DNA of 64,000 bases from an uncultured Acidobacteriota bacterium (GTDB taxonomy: Bacteria > Acidobacteriota > JAQAZP01): assembly GCA_963836075.1 (NCBI GenBank), contig CAWIIB010000009.1, positions 416,001 to 480,000 on the forward strand, read 5' to 3'. Below the pieces are notes generated by a model. The model made no database searches. It saw only the letters and a list, made by a program, of their open reading frames with translations, and was not told the DNA's origin. The translations under genes and the position numbers were made by a program. Each line of letters starts with the position of its first letter. Positions within the stretch are counted from its first letter, which is position 1. Shown piece after piece: positions 48,128 to 59,004 of this stretch.

Positions 48128-49122
48128 GAAGCGGGCCTCTGGACGCGCAGCTCGCGGAGGCGCTCCACCCGCTCCCTGATAGCCGTGCGGATCATCTCGC
48201 GGTGGTGCAGCCCGTGGAAACGCAGTTCCCGGCCTTCCCTGGCCGCGTCGAGCACGGCATGGGGCGGTTCGCCGCCGCACGCGCGATAGTGGGCGAAGAG
48301 CCGGCCAAAGAGCAGCCGCCGCATCAGCGCCTCCAGGCCGTCGCCCAGCCGGCCGCCGAAGACCAGCTCGAAGGTGCGGCTGAGCAGGCGCAGCACGACG
48401 TTGCGCTTCACCGGCTCCGCCTCCTCGCGGTGCGCGGTGCGCCGGAAGTTGGGGACAAAGTCGCTGACCCAGCCGTTGACCTCGAGAAAGCGTTCGAACA
48501 GCGCCGTGCCCATCAGGGGTATGGACTGGGTCACTTCCCGCGCATTGTAGAAATCGCGGGGGAGGATCTCCAGGTGGTCCTCGGTGATGTAGTAGTTGGG
48601 GCAGAGGGTCTGCACCGAGGTCAGGCGCTGGAACGTACCGAGGAAGAAAAAGACGGTCCACATCCGGTTGGGGGCGGTGAAGACGAGGAAGTCGGGGTCC
48701 CCGTCCTCGCCGGCGTTGTCCGTGGCCAGGGAACCGGTCACCGCCAGCGCCCGGATGAAGGGCACGTTGCCGATGAAGCGGGTGACCCGGCGTGCCCCGC
48801 GCCAGATCTCCCGGCTGTTCAGCAGTCGCTTGTGGCGCAGGTCGACGAGGGCTTCCCGGCCCGCGAGGTGGTAGAAGCCGTCGCGCGAGGCCGCCAGGCC
48901 GTCGGCCGGACCGCCGTCCCCGAGGCGGCGCGCCAGTTCCTCGCGGCTCAGCTCCAGCGGGCAGTAACGCCAGATCTCATCCAGGGTCAGGGGGTAGTCG
49001 AAGATGTCGCCGTAGAGAACCGGCTCGAGGTGCCTGATGTCCGGGTCGAGCAGGGAGGCCGGCGCTTCGACGAAAGGTCCGATCGACTGGCTGGTGTCAG
49101 ACGGCGTGGTCATGGCATTCAC
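48124..49122 (-). CDS. Nucleotidyltransferase-fold protein (YxDIFDYPLT family)
   Basis: N-terminal YGDIFDYPLTLDEI; VTGSLA...DGDPDFLV (GS...DxD); LCPNY. Confidence 0.7.
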   Translation of the reverse strand: MNAMTTPSDTSQSIGPFVEAPASLLDPDIRHLEPVLYGDIFDYPLTLDEIWRYCPLELSREELARRLGDGGPADGLAASRDGFYHLAGREALVDLRHKRLLNSREIWRGARRVTRFIGNVPFIRALAVTGSLATDNAGEDGDPDFLVFTAPNRMWTVFFFLGTFQRLTSVQTLCPNYYITEDHLEILPRDFYNAREVTQSIPLMGTALFERFLEVNGWVSDFVPNFRRTAHREEAEPVKRNVVLRLLSRTFELVFGGRLGDGLEALMRRLLFGRLFAHYRACGGEPPHAVLDAAREGRELRFHGLHHREMIRTAIRERVERLRELRVQRPAS

Positions 49123-49151
49123 CCGAATCGTGGCCGGTCCACAGTCAATGA

Positions 49152-50363
49152 CTAGACCGAGTCGAGCAGGTGCCCGAGCTTTTCTTTCTTGGTCCGCAGG
49201 TAGCGTTCGTTCTCTGCGCCGGGCGTGATCTCCACCGGCACGCGCTCGACGATCTCCAGGCCGTAGCCGGCCAGCGCGATGTACTTCCGCGGGTTGTTGG
49301 TCAGCAGGCGGATCCGCTTCAGCCCCAGCTTGCGCAGGATCTGCGCGCCGATGCCGTAGTCCCGCTGGTCGGCCTTGAAGCCGAGGTGCTCGTTTGCTTC
49401 CACCGTGTCCTCGCCCTGGTCCTGCAGCTCGTAGGCCTTGAGCTTGTTCAGCAGGCCGATACCGCGGCCCTCCTGGTTCATGTAGAGGAACACACCCCGT
49501 TTCTCCTTGGCGATCATCGCCAGGGCCATGTCCATCTGGTCCCCGCAGTCGCAGCGCAGCGAACCGAACACGTCGCCGGTGAGGCAGCGCGAGTGCACGC
49601 GCACCAGCAGCGGGTCGTCGCTTTCGATGTCGCCCATGATCAGCGCCACGTGGTACACGCCGTCGATCACGCTCTCGTAGGCGGCGATGCGGAACTCGCC
49701 CGCCGGGGTGGGCAGTTTCGGCTCGGCCACCTTGCGGATGAAGGACTCGTGCTGCAGCCGGTACTCGATCAGGTCGGCCACGGTGACCATCTTCAGCCCG
49801 TGCTCGGCGGCGAACGTCGCCAGCTGGGGCACGCGGGCCATGGTGCCGTCCTCGTTCATGATCTCGCAGATCACTCCGGCAGGAGTGAAGCCGGCCAGGC
49901 GGGCCAGGTCCACCGCGGCCTCGGTCTGCCCGGTGCGCTGCAGCACACCGCCAGGTTTGGCCCGCAAGGGGAACATGTGCCCCGGCCGGGCAAGGTCCGA
50001 GGGCCTGGTTGCGGGATCGACGGCAGTGAGCACGGTGGCCGCCCGGTCGGCGGCGGAGATGCCGGTGGTGACCTTGTAACGGGCCTCGATGGAGACGCAG
50101 AAGGCCGTCTCGTAGCGGCAGGTGTTGTCCTGCACCATCGGCCGCAGTTCGAGCTGGTCACAGCGCTCCTCGGTCATCGGCAGGCAGATCAGCCCGCGGC
50201 CGTGGCGGGCCATGAAGTTGATCACCTCCGGAGTGACCTTTGCCGCGGCGATGGTCAGGTCGCCCTCGTTCTCGCGCTCCTCGTCATCGCAGACGATGAC
50301 CATTCTGCCGTTGCGGATGTCCTCGATGGCTTCTTCGATTGTGCTGAACGGACTGTCGTTCAT
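49152..50363 (-). CDS. ribBA: Bifunctional DHBP synthase / GTP cyclohydrolase II
   Basis: [64 protein letters not shown]. Confidence 0.97.
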   Translation of the reverse strand: MNDSPFSTIEEAIEDIRNGRMVIVCDDEERENEGDLTIAAAKVTPEVINFMARHGRGLICLPMTEERCDQLELRPMVQDNTCRYETAFCVSIEARYKVTTGISAADRAATVLTAVDPATRPSDLARPGHMFPLRAKPGGVLQRTGQTEAAVDLARLAGFTPAGVICEIMNEDGTMARVPQLATFAAEHGLKMVTVADLIEYRLQHESFIRKVAEPKLPTPAGEFRIAAYESVIDGVYHVALIMGDIESDDPLLVRVHSRCLTGDVFGSLRCDCGDQMDMALAMIAKEKRGVFLYMNQEGRGIGLLNKLKAYELQDQGEDTVEANEHLGFKADQRDYGIGAQILRKLGLKRIRLLTNNPRKYIALAGYGLEIVERVPVEITPGAENERYLRTKKEKLGHLLDSV

Positions 50364-50716
50364 CGCATCGGCCTGCTCCATTCCGCTATCGTGCGTGACG
50401 AACGATGGGTCACGGGTGTGATGTCCCGGACCGGGTGACGGTCTCGGCGATACCAACGACGCGGGGGTTTTCACAGTTGAACGCAAAAATCACGTTCGAA
50501 AAAGCGTACATGGCAACCCGCAGCCTGTCAAGAAAGACGATGACCTGGATCGCCGACAGGTTAATTCTTGTCAGGTCGGAGATATCCACCTATACTTATA
50601 AAAAAGTGTTTTCTATTCAGTACGACAATGTGCAGCTGGACTGTGAAGTTGACCTTCACCGATGAGATCGTGGCGCCCTGAAAAAAAAGGCCGCTCGCAA
50701 CTGTCTAAAGAAATCA

Positions 50717-52177
50717 ATGGCTGACCTGCTGCTGGTAAACCCGCTGTTTCTCGAGCAGGACCCGATGGAACAGCGCCTGATGACGCCCTACTATCCCCTG
50801 GGGCTGCTCTACCTCGCCGGGGTTGCCCGCGACGCCGGCTACGACGTGGCGCTGTTCGACTGCACCTTCGACAAGGACGAGCAGCGGTTCATCGAGACGC
50901 TCGAGCGGGACCGCCCCGCCGTGGTGGGCTTGAGCATCCTGACCACCGTGCGCCGGCAGGCGCTGCGGCTGGCCGGGCTGGCCCGGGCGCGCGGCGCCAC
51001 GGTGATCGTGGGCGGGGCCGACCCCACCGGACGCCCCGAAACCTACCTCGAGCACGAGGCGGATGGACGGCGGGTGGTGGACATCGTCGTCATGGGCGAG
51101 GGGGAGCAGACGTTCACCGAGTTGCTGCCGGTCATCACCCGGGACGAGTGGGCCACCGCCGACCTCGCCGGCGTGGCCGGGCTGGCCTTCATCGGCGGGG
51201 ACGGCGCCGTCCAGCGCACGGCCCCGCGGCCGAAAATCAGCGACCTGGACCAGCTGCCGGCCCCGGCCCGGGACCTCCTCGACTTTGAGCCCCACCGGCG
51301 GGCCTGGCGCGAGCGGCACGGCTACTTCAGCCTGTCCCTCATCGCCACCCGGGGCTGCCCCTTCAACTGCAGCTGGTGCCAGCGCACGGTGTTCGGGCGC
51401 AGCTTCCGTCCCCGCTCCCCCCTGGCCGTGGCCGAGGAGATGCGGCGGCTGAAGGACGAGCAGCAGCCGGACCGCATCCGCATCGTGGACGACGTGATGG
51501 GCGTGGACCGCAACTGGGTGAGGGAATGGCGCGACGAGGTGGTCCGCCTCGACGCGGCGATACCGTTCGAGTGCCTCAGCCGCGCCGACCTGGTGACCGA
51601 CGAGCTGCTGGGGCAGCTGAAGGAGGCCGGGTGCTTCCGGGTCGCCTTCGGTGCCGAATCGGGGTCGCAGAAAGTGCTGGACGCGATGAACAAGGGGATC
51701 ACGGTGGCGCAGGTGCGGGAGGCGGCGAAGCTCTGCCGCCGGCACGGGCTGGAGTGCTACTTCTTCATCATGGTCGGCTACCCCGGCGAGGAGTGGGAGG
51801 ACATCCTGATGACCGTCGAGCTGCTCCAGGAGTGCCGGCCGGACCAGTTCAGTTCCACCATCGCCTACCCGCTGCCCGACACCACCTTTTTCGAGGAGGT
51901 CAAGGAGCAGCTGGTGGCCTCGCCCGACTGGGACTTCACCGCCGAGAACCGGCTGCTCTTCGAACGGCCCTACTCCTCGATGTTCTACCGCTGGGTCCTG
52001 AGGATGCTGAGCCGGCAGTGGCTGCTGGCCCGGATCCGTCACGGCGATCAGCGGGCCGGCCTGGTTAAGCGCCTCCGCACCAGGGCGGAAGCCCTCCTGG
52101 CCCGGACCGTGGTCGAAGTGCTCCGCCGGGTGCCCCGCCGGCCAGGGCAGCCGAAAACACTTTCCAGTGAATCCTGA
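50717..52177 (+). CDS. Cobalamin-binding domain radical SAM protein
   Basis: PLGLLYLA, GEGEQT, TRGCPFNCSWC, GAESGSQKVLDAMNKG, MVGYPGE. Confidence 0.93.
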   Translation: MADLLLVNPLFLEQDPMEQRLMTPYYPLGLLYLAGVARDAGYDVALFDCTFDKDEQRFIETLERDRPAVVGLSILTTVRRQALRLAGLARARGATVIVGGADPTGRPETYLEHEADGRRVVDIVVMGEGEQTFTELLPVITRDEWATADLAGVAGLAFIGGDGAVQRTAPRPKISDLDQLPAPARDLLDFEPHRRAWRERHGYFSLSLIATRGCPFNCSWCQRTVFGRSFRPRSPLAVAEEMRRLKDEQQPDRIRIVDDVMGVDRNWVREWRDEVVRLDAAIPFECLSRADLVTDELLGQLKEAGCFRVAFGAESGSQKVLDAMNKGITVAQVREAAKLCRRHGLECYFFIMVGYPGEEWEDILMTVELLQECRPDQFSSTIAYPLPDTTFFEEVKEQLVASPDWDFTAENRLLFERPYSSMFYRWVLRMLSRQWLLARIRHGDQRAGLVKRLRTRAEALLARTVVEVLRRVPRRPGQPKTLSSES

Positions 52178-52202
52178 CCCGTGACGATGGTGTGATCCGC
52201 GA

Positions 52203-53522
52203 ATGGCAAACCGCTCCTGCAAGACGCTTCTGCTGCTGCTGGCCGCCCTGACCCTTTCCACCGGCTGCCGCCCAGCACTGCAGGAGGCGACGGAAATCGA
52301 ACCGGGCCACTGGTTCAAGCCGACCTCGGCAGCGGTGATCTCCTCGCCGTTGGCCCACGACTTCGACGGCGACGGGGTCAGGGAAATCTGTGTCGGCAGT
52401 TGGGACGGCCACTGCTACCTGCTGGACCACCGGCTGGCCGACCGGCCCGGCTGGCCGCACTACATCCGCCGCGGCTACTTCTCCTCCCCTGCCCTCGGCG
52501 ACCTCGATGGTGACGGCACGCCGGAGATCCTCATCGGCTCCGACGCGGGAAAGCTGTTCGCCTGGACCGCCGCCGGCAAGGCCTCGCCAGGCTTTCCGGT
52601 CACCCTGCGCGCACGCATCTGGGCCACGCCCACGGTGCTGGACGACGGCCGCATCGCCATCGGGGACGAGGAACAGCTGCTCGTGCTGCAGGCCGGCGGC
52701 CGTCCGGCGGCGGGGTGGCCCCGGCCGGTTCGCGGCTGGCCCGACGCCACGGTGGCCTGCGTCCCGGGGCTGCTGGCGGTGACCACCCTGACCCCCGGGC
52801 GGGAAACGGGAGGCTGGCTCCACGCCTTCCGCGAGAACGGCGAACCGCTGCCTGGGTTCCCCGTCGAGCTCGACCGGGACAGCGACTCGTCGCCGGTCAT
52901 CGCCGACCTCGACGGGGACGGGCAGTGGTGGATCATCTTCGGCGACGACGACGGCTGGCTCCACGCGGTGGACACCGGCGCCCGCGAGCGGCCCGGCTTC
53001 CCGGTGCGCACGCTGGGCGGGCGGGACGACCTGCCGCCGTCACCGGCCAGCGACGGCGGGACGATCCACAGCATCGAAGCCACCCCGGCGGTGGCCGACA
53101 TCGACGGCGACGGGCGGCTGGACATCGCCGCCGGCGCCTGGGATGGCCGGATGTACGTCTGGGACGCCGACGGCCGGCCCCTGCCGGGGTGGCCGAAGGA
53201 CGTCGGCGACCAGATCATCTCCTCGGCGGCGCTGGTGGACCTCGACGGCGATGACCGGCTGGACATCGTGGTGGGCTCCAAGGACCACCACCTCCATGGC
53301 TGGACCGCGACCGGGAGCCCGCTCCCCGGGTTCCCCCGTGACCTGGGGGACTACGTCTTCTCCTCGCCGTGGGTCGGCGACCTCGAGGGGAACGGCCTGG
53401 CCGACATCGTCGTCGGCGCCAATAACGGGATCCACCTGCTGGCCGACGTGGCCCCCCTCGGCCGCCGCGCCTGGCCGATGTTCCACCGCGATCCCCGGCG
53501 GACGGGAGGGGTGGTGCCGTGA
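52203..53522 (+). CDS. FG-GAP repeat lipoprotein
   Basis: Lipobox STGC; SSPxxxDLDGDG repeats with PGWP/PGFP; WPMFHRD end. Confidence 0.88.
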   Translation: MANRSCKTLLLLLAALTLSTGCRPALQEATEIEPGHWFKPTSAAVISSPLAHDFDGDGVREICVGSWDGHCYLLDHRLADRPGWPHYIRRGYFSSPALGDLDGDGTPEILIGSDAGKLFAWTAAGKASPGFPVTLRARIWATPTVLDDGRIAIGDEEQLLVLQAGGRPAAGWPRPVRGWPDATVACVPGLLAVTTLTPGRETGGWLHAFRENGEPLPGFPVELDRDSDSSPVIADLDGDGQWWIIFGDDDGWLHAVDTGARERPGFPVRTLGGRDDLPPSPASDGGTIHSIEATPAVADIDGDGRLDIAAGAWDGRMYVWDADGRPLPGWPKDVGDQIISSAALVDLDGDDRLDIVVGSKDHHLHGWTATGSPLPGFPRDLGDYVFSSPWVGDLEGNGLADIVVGANNGIHLLADVAPLGRRAWPMFHRDPRRTGGVVP

Positions 53523-54367
53523 GCCGGAAGCAGCGCCTTCTTCTCTGGCTGGCGATTGCCGCAGTGGTCTTGCCGCTGGCCTGGCTGGCCGCGGCGGAGC
53601 TGGTCGAACCCCACCTCCTGCTCAAGGCCGGCGCCCGGCTGCGCCCGGGGCCGCCACCCCTCGAAGTGCCGGCGCCGGGCGGGACCAGCCTGCGCCTCTA
53701 CGATGACACTCGCCCGTATATCGGCAAGATCTCCGGCGTGCAGAAGGGGCTGGTCTGGGTCGCCGAAGGCCGGGAGCTGATCGAGGAAGGCTTCGGGTTC
53801 GGCTGCCCGATCATCGAAGCGGCGGGCCAGGCCCACCTCTCGCGGGAGGCGACCACGGAACTGGAAGAGCGGGACGGCGCGATGCGGCTGGTGAAGCGCT
53901 ACCGCATCGACACCGTCGACCGGCCGGTCCAGCTCTTCCGGCGAAAGTACGCCCCGGTGCCCCCCCGGGGAACGGTGGCCTTCCGCTACGACGTGTACCC
54001 CAACGGGACCATTGAGGTGGAAGTCGACTTCACCGGGCTGCAGGGGGCCTGGCAAAAGGCCTTCGTGATGAACGAGCAGGGGGCCCGGCACTTCACCCGG
54101 TACACGGACGGCCAGCGCACCGTGGAGGGCGCGCAGATCGGCATCTGGCAGCCGACGGATGCCGCCGGCGGCTGCTTCGCCAGCGCCGACGGCCGCCACC
54201 GGTTCTGTATCGAGACACACGATCCGGCGAAACAGGTCTACGGCCGCGAGCGCTACACCCAGCGGGTGTGGCGCGGGCTCTACGTGCTCTCCTGGTCCGG
54301 CGTCGACCTCGAGCTCGACGGTCCCCGGGACCGGTTCCGCTACCGCATCACGTTGGAGGCGCGATGA
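53519..54367 (+). CDS. Hypothetical membrane-anchored protein
   Basis: 282 aa, N-terminal TM, 4-bp overlaps with both neighbours. Confidence 0.75.
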   Translation: MSRKQRLLLWLAIAAVVLPLAWLAAAELVEPHLLLKAGARLRPGPPPLEVPAPGGTSLRLYDDTRPYIGKISGVQKGLVWVAEGRELIEEGFGFGCPIIEAAGQAHLSREATTELEERDGAMRLVKRYRIDTVDRPVQLFRRKYAPVPPRGTVAFRYDVYPNGTIEVEVDFTGLQGAWQKAFVMNEQGARHFTRYTDGQRTVEGAQIGIWQPTDAAGGCFASADGRHRFCIETHDPAKQVYGRERYTQRVWRGLYVLSWSGVDLELDGPRDRFRYRITLEAR

Positions 54368-55854
54368 ACAGGGACCTGTCGCTCCGGCAAAGCCGCTGGC
54401 TGCTGATCGCCGTCATCGCCGCGGCCGCCGTGCTCCGCTTCTGGCACATCGGGGCTCCAGGGCTCACCGGCGACGAGAGCTACTACTGGCTCTGGTCGGA
54501 GCACCTCGACCTCTCCTACCACGACCACCCCTGGGGCGTGGCGCTGCTGATCCGCCTGAGCACGCTGCTCGGCGGCTCCAGCGAGGCCGGTGTCCGCTGG
54601 CTCAACGCCCTGCTCGGCGTGGGCGCGGTCCTGCTCGTCCACCGGCTGGGGCGCCGCCTCTTCTCCCCGGCGGCCGGCCTGCTCGCCGCCGCCATCGTCG
54701 CCGTCGGCGCGCCATACCTGATCACCGCGCGGTTCGTCTTCACCGACGCCCTGCAGCTGATCATCCTGCTGGCCAACCTCCACTTCCTCGTCCCGCTGCT
54801 GGCCGAGGAGCCGTCCCCGCGCGAGGGCCGGGCACTCTGGGGCGCCGCCATCACCATGGCCCTGTTGTTCAACACCAAGTACAGCGCCTACGTCTACGCC
54901 GTGGCCGTACTCGTGCTCATCATCTGGAACCGGCCCGGCCTGCTGCGCGCCCGGCGCACCTGGCTGGCCGCCGGCGTGGCGCTTACCGGGCTGGCGCCCA
55001 CGCTGATCTGGAACGCGACCCACGACTGGACGTCCTTCCGCTGGCAGATCCACCACTTCACCTCCACCTCCCTCACCGAGACCCCGGCGCTGATACGCAT
55101 GGTGCACCTGGCCGACTACCTCACCCTGCCCGTGGCGCTGTTCGCCCTGATCGGCTGCATCGGCCCGCTGGACCGCCGCCGCCGGCTGCTGCTGGTCCCC
55201 GCCGCCCTGCTGGTGCTGCCGGTGGCCCTGGGCCCGGCGGACAGCCCGCGCAACGTCACCAGCGGTTTCGTCCTGCTGATCGTCCTCGCCGCCGGCACGG
55301 TGCTGCGCTGGTACCAGGCCGACCGCAAGCGGCCGGTCATCGCCCTGGCCATCGCCGCCATCGGCGCCACTGCCGTCATCGGCGCGGGCACGGTGCGGGC
55401 CACCCTGCAACCCACTGCCTGGCCGCACAGCCCGGTGGCCCGGGCGGTGCGTCTGGACGGCAGCGGCTGGGACCGGGTGGATGAGCTGGGCCTCGACGGT
55501 TCGCACACCGTGTTCGCCATCGACTACAGCCTCGCCGGCCAGCTGCGCTACTACACCGGTCTGCCGGTGCACACCTCCTGGCCGCAGTTCCGGCTGTGGG
55601 ACGCCATGGACCTGGACGACGTGACGATGATCAGCCTGACCTTCGTCGATCCGGACCTGGTCTCCTCGCGGCTCGGGAATTCCTTCGGCCGGTTCTCCGG
55701 CCCCCGGGAGCTGGTCCTCGGCGAGGGCCGTGAGCGGCGGGCATTCCACATCTGGCGCGCCCGGGATTGCCTGGTGGACGAGCCGTCATTCATCCAGTCC
55801 TTCGACCTGATCAACCTGGTCCGCGAAGGACAATCGGGCGCGGAAGATGGGTGA
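54364..55854 (+). CDS. GT-C fold glycosyltransferase (family 39 / ArnT-like)
   Basis: GDESYYWLWS...YHDHP, TDA, TKYS; many TM helices. Confidence 0.88.
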   Translation: MNRDLSLRQSRWLLIAVIAAAAVLRFWHIGAPGLTGDESYYWLWSEHLDLSYHDHPWGVALLIRLSTLLGGSSEAGVRWLNALLGVGAVLLVHRLGRRLFSPAAGLLAAAIVAVGAPYLITARFVFTDALQLIILLANLHFLVPLLAEEPSPREGRALWGAAITMALLFNTKYSAYVYAVAVLVLIIWNRPGLLRARRTWLAAGVALTGLAPTLIWNATHDWTSFRWQIHHFTSTSLTETPALIRMVHLADYLTLPVALFALIGCIGPLDRRRRLLLVPAALLVLPVALGPADSPRNVTSGFVLLIVLAAGTVLRWYQADRKRPVIALAIAAIGATAVIGAGTVRATLQPTAWPHSPVARAVRLDGSGWDRVDELGLDGSHTVFAIDYSLAGQLRYYTGLPVHTSWPQFRLWDAMDLDDVTMISLTFVDPDLVSSRLGNSFGRFSGPRELVLGEGRERRAFHIWRARDCLVDEPSFIQSFDLINLVREGQSGAEDG

Positions 55855-57181
55855 CCGGATGGACCACAAACCGGCCGGCAGCTGGTGGCGCGCCATCCAG
55901 GACAACACCCCGGTCCGTATCGGCAAGAACTCCATCTCGCTGCTCTCCGGGCAGCTGGGCACCTATATCCTCGCCCTGGTGCTGGCCGGCCAGCTGATGC
56001 GGACCGTGGGCGCGGAGGGGCTGGGGCGCTACCTGGTGGCCCTGACCATCGAACTGATCGTCCTGATGATCGCCGACCTGGGGCTGGGCATCTACACCAC
56101 GCGCGAGCTGGCCCGGGACCAGCCGGCCGCAGAGGCGGCATCGCTGTGGGCCACGGTGCTCACCCTGCGACTCGTCGCAGTGGTCATCGCGGTGATCGCG
56201 CTCAACGGCATCGTGGCGCCGGTCTTTTTTCCCGGCCCGTGGCAGCGGTTGATCGCCATCGTCTCCCTGGCCATCGCGCCCGACTCCTTCAACAGTGCCG
56301 TCGGCGCCCTGGTCAAGGCCTACCGGCGGATGGAAGTGTTCAGCCTGATCACCCTGGCCGCCCGGGCCCTGGGCACCGGCGCCGGGGTGCTCCTGCTCAT
56401 CGCCGGGAAAGACGAATCGGCGGTGCTGCTGGCCTACGCGGCCGCCAGCGGTGCGGGATCGCTGGCCTACGCGGTCTTGCTGCGCCGCTGGCGAGTCGGC
56501 GCCCGCTGGTCCGCGGTGGGCGTCCGCTGGCGGCCGGTGCTCAGACAATCGGTCCCCTTCGCCCTCACCGGCATCTGCGCCATGCTGCAGCGGCGGGTCG
56601 GTCTGCTCCTGCTGGCATCCTGGCAGGGGGATGCGGCGGCCGGCCTGTTCGGCGCCGCCCACCGGCTGTGGGAAGCCATGGGCATCCTGCCGGCCTGCCT
56701 GCTCGACGCGCTGTTCCCCGAGATGTCGAGGCTGGGCACCGGCGAGGCGGGCCGGCTGGCGCTGCGGCGGTTCCGGCGGCAGGGGCGCCGGCTGATGCTG
56801 GCGCTCTCCGCACTGCTGGTCCTGCCCGGCCTGCTGGTGGCCCCCGCGCTGGTCGACCTGATCTTCGGCGCGTCGGCCACCGCCGGCTCGGCCCAGAACC
56901 TCTTCCGGCTGCTCCTGCTCTGCCTGCCGTTCACCGCGCTCTGCATGCTCAACGGACACGTGCTCTACGTGCTGGGGCGCCAGCGGCAGGTCACCGTGGC
57001 CATGGCTGCCACGACCCTCACAGGCATCGCGCTCTATGTGGTCTTCATCCCCGCCTGGAGCGCCTGGGGCACCGCCGCCGTGCTGGGCTTCACCGAGATT
57101 CTGCTCTGGGCCCTGCTCGCCCTGCTGGCCGCCCGGGCCCTGCCGCGCCGCGAGGTCTCCGCTTCAGGGCCTCGACCCTGA
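55847..57181 (+). CDS. Wzx/MOP-family flippase
   Basis: IGKNSISL, LGRY...DLGL...RELA, ALFPEMSR; highly hydrophobic. Confidence 0.88.
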   Translation: MGDRMDHKPAGSWWRAIQDNTPVRIGKNSISLLSGQLGTYILALVLAGQLMRTVGAEGLGRYLVALTIELIVLMIADLGLGIYTTRELARDQPAAEAASLWATVLTLRLVAVVIAVIALNGIVAPVFFPGPWQRLIAIVSLAIAPDSFNSAVGALVKAYRRMEVFSLITLAARALGTGAGVLLLIAGKDESAVLLAYAAASGAGSLAYAVLLRRWRVGARWSAVGVRWRPVLRQSVPFALTGICAMLQRRVGLLLLASWQGDAAAGLFGAAHRLWEAMGILPACLLDALFPEMSRLGTGEAGRLALRRFRRQGRRLMLALSALLVLPGLLVAPALVDLIFGASATAGSAQNLFRLLLLCLPFTALCMLNGHVLYVLGRQRQVTVAMAATTLTGIALYVVFIPAWSAWGTAAVLGFTEILLWALLALLAARALPRREVSASGPRP

Positions 57182-58964
57182 ACAGCCGCACACCGCGCAT
57201 CCGTTCCGCCGGCGCCAGGTCGAAGACCAGCATCATCTTGGCCAGCAGCTGCTCGCTGAGCCGGCCGTCGGGCCGCAGCACCAGGTAGACCGGCCGTCCG
57301 CGGGCCAGCGCGGTTCGGACCTGCTCCAGCCGCCAGCGGTCGGTGGTGAACAGCGGCTCCGTCCGGCCATCCCGACGCTCCAGCCCCACGAACAAGCGGA
57401 CATTCCTGCCGGCACGGAACAGCGGGCGCAGGACGTCACGGGGTTCCGGCGTGGTCCGGGCGAAGCGGGCCTGGGGCAGGGGCGGGCCATCGCCGCGCCA
57501 GCCGCGCAGCTGGAAGCGGAAAACGTGGCGGCCGTCGTTGTCCGAGAGCTGTATCCACTCGCGGCCGCCGCGGCCCTGCAGCCGCAACTCGGCCACCACC
57601 GGCGACATGTTGCCGACGATCAGGGCGCTGCCGGGCGTGGCCTGGAGCAGCCACTGGCTGTAGGGCATCCCGCCTTCTCCCCACCGCTCGCTCGCCGGCG
57701 CACCGGCGACACCGAACCCGAGCGGCGGCAGCAGGACGGCGGCACAGGCGAGGAGGGCCGCCGCCCGCACCGTGCGGCGCCAGCGGGCCCCGGCCGGACG
57801 GTGCCAGGCCAGCTGCAGCCCCTCGGCGGCCCAGAGGGCGGCCCAGGGGATGGCCACGATGATCAGCCGCACCTGGGCGCCGTAATAAAACTGCAGGAAG
57901 ACCAGCTGGACCAGCAGCATGGCGGCGCCGGCCGCGTGCAGGCCCCGCAGGCGGGCGCGGCGAGCGAGCAGCAGCAGGCCGGCGGCCGCCAGCAGGAACA
58001 CCGCCGGCGCGTAAAGCTGCTGCTCCGGCCCGTCGAAGATCATCCCGCCCAGCAGGGTGGCGTAGTAGTGCAGGTTGCCGAAAGTGGGATATTCCCTGCC
58101 GGCGACGAACTGCGGCCCGAAGAGTTCCGTCGCCGACCCGTATTGCTCGATCCAGTAGGAATAGCCGGTGGCCAGCGGGTCGCCGAAGTTGGCCTGGTTG
58201 AACAGCAGCTGCGGGACCAGGCAGACCGCGCACCCGGCGATAACGGGGAGCACGGCGGCAAGCGGCGGGAAGCGGCGGCCGCGGCGCTGCGGCCAGACCG
58301 CCGCGGCCAGCAGCACGGGGAGCAGGATGACCCCGACCACGCGCAGGGCCACGCTAAAGCCGGCGGCCGCCCCGGCGAGGAACAGCCTGGTCTTCACCAC
58401 CCGCCCTTCGGCCGGCGGGCCGGCAGGTAGGAGGAGGAAGATCAGCATGACCACGTTGAGGTAGGCCAGGTCGCTGAGCACCCGGAAGGAGAGATGAATG
58501 AGCTGCGGGGAGGTGGCGACGATGGCCGCGGCGAAGAGCGCGGCGCCCGGGCCGGCGCCCGCCCGCCGGGACAGGGCGTGGACGATGAGGACCAGCAGCA
58601 GCCCGAGGACGAAGTTGACCAGGTGGAAGCGGAGCTCCGGCAGGCCCGCCAGGTGGGCGCCGGCCAGCAGGGCCGGGAACCCGTAGGGATAGCGCGGCGG
58701 GTAGACGCCGCTGCCGATGGGCATCACCAGGCCGCGGCCCTCGGCGAGGGAGACGGCGGACGCGGTGTATTCGAGCGCGTCGGGGAAGGGCCGCGGGTCG
58801 AAGGAGCGGAAGGAAACGTGCTGCCACCGTATCCAGGCGGAGAAGAGGAGCAGCAGCGCCAGCAGCACGAGCCACCACCGGCCTGGCGCAGGGCCGGAGG
58901 CGTTTCCGCCCGCTGCACCGCTGCCCTGCTCCCGGCTCGGTCCTGAGGCTGGTTCGAGGGCCAT
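57090..58964 (-). CDS. GT-C-like integral membrane glycosyltransferase
   Basis: PDALEY...LAEGRG...YPYGFPALL, VLSD, multi-TM architecture. Confidence 0.72.
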   Translation of the reverse strand: MALEPASGPSREQGSGAAGGNASGPAPGRWWLVLLALLLLFSAWIRWQHVSFRSFDPRPFPDALEYTASAVSLAEGRGLVMPIGSGVYPPRYPYGFPALLAGAHLAGLPELRFHLVNFVLGLLLVLIVHALSRRAGAGPGAALFAAAIVATSPQLIHLSFRVLSDLAYLNVVMLIFLLLPAGPPAEGRVVKTRLFLAGAAAGFSVALRVVGVILLPVLLAAAVWPQRRGRRFPPLAAVLPVIAGCAVCLVPQLLFNQANFGDPLATGYSYWIEQYGSATELFGPQFVAGREYPTFGNLHYYATLLGGMIFDGPEQQLYAPAVFLLAAAGLLLLARRARLRGLHAAGAAMLLVQLVFLQFYYGAQVRLIIVAIPWAALWAAEGLQLAWHRPAGARWRRTVRAAALLACAAVLLPPLGFGVAGAPASERWGEGGMPYSQWLLQATPGSALIVGNMSPVVAELRLQGRGGREWIQLSDNDGRHVFRFQLRGWRGDGPPLPQARFARTTPEPRDVLRPLFRAGRNVRLFVGLERRDGRTEPLFTTDRWRLEQVRTALARGRPVYLVLRPDGRLSEQLLAKMMLVFDLAPAERMRGVRLFRVEALKRRPRGAAGPGRPAGRAGPRAESR

Positions 58965-59004
58965 GGCCGTCTCCCGATCGGTTTCCCTGCGCCCCGGACG
59001 CGGT

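Noticed and set aside
50364-50716. FMN or cobalamin riboswitch between ribBA and the B12 radical SAM gene
   Set aside because: No consensus elements recognised on either strand; an Rfam scan would settle it.
57090-57181. 92-bp tail-to-tail overlap of flippase and GT-C genes
   Set aside because: Low-complexity C-terminal extensions are common in high-GC convergent genes; no evidence of function.
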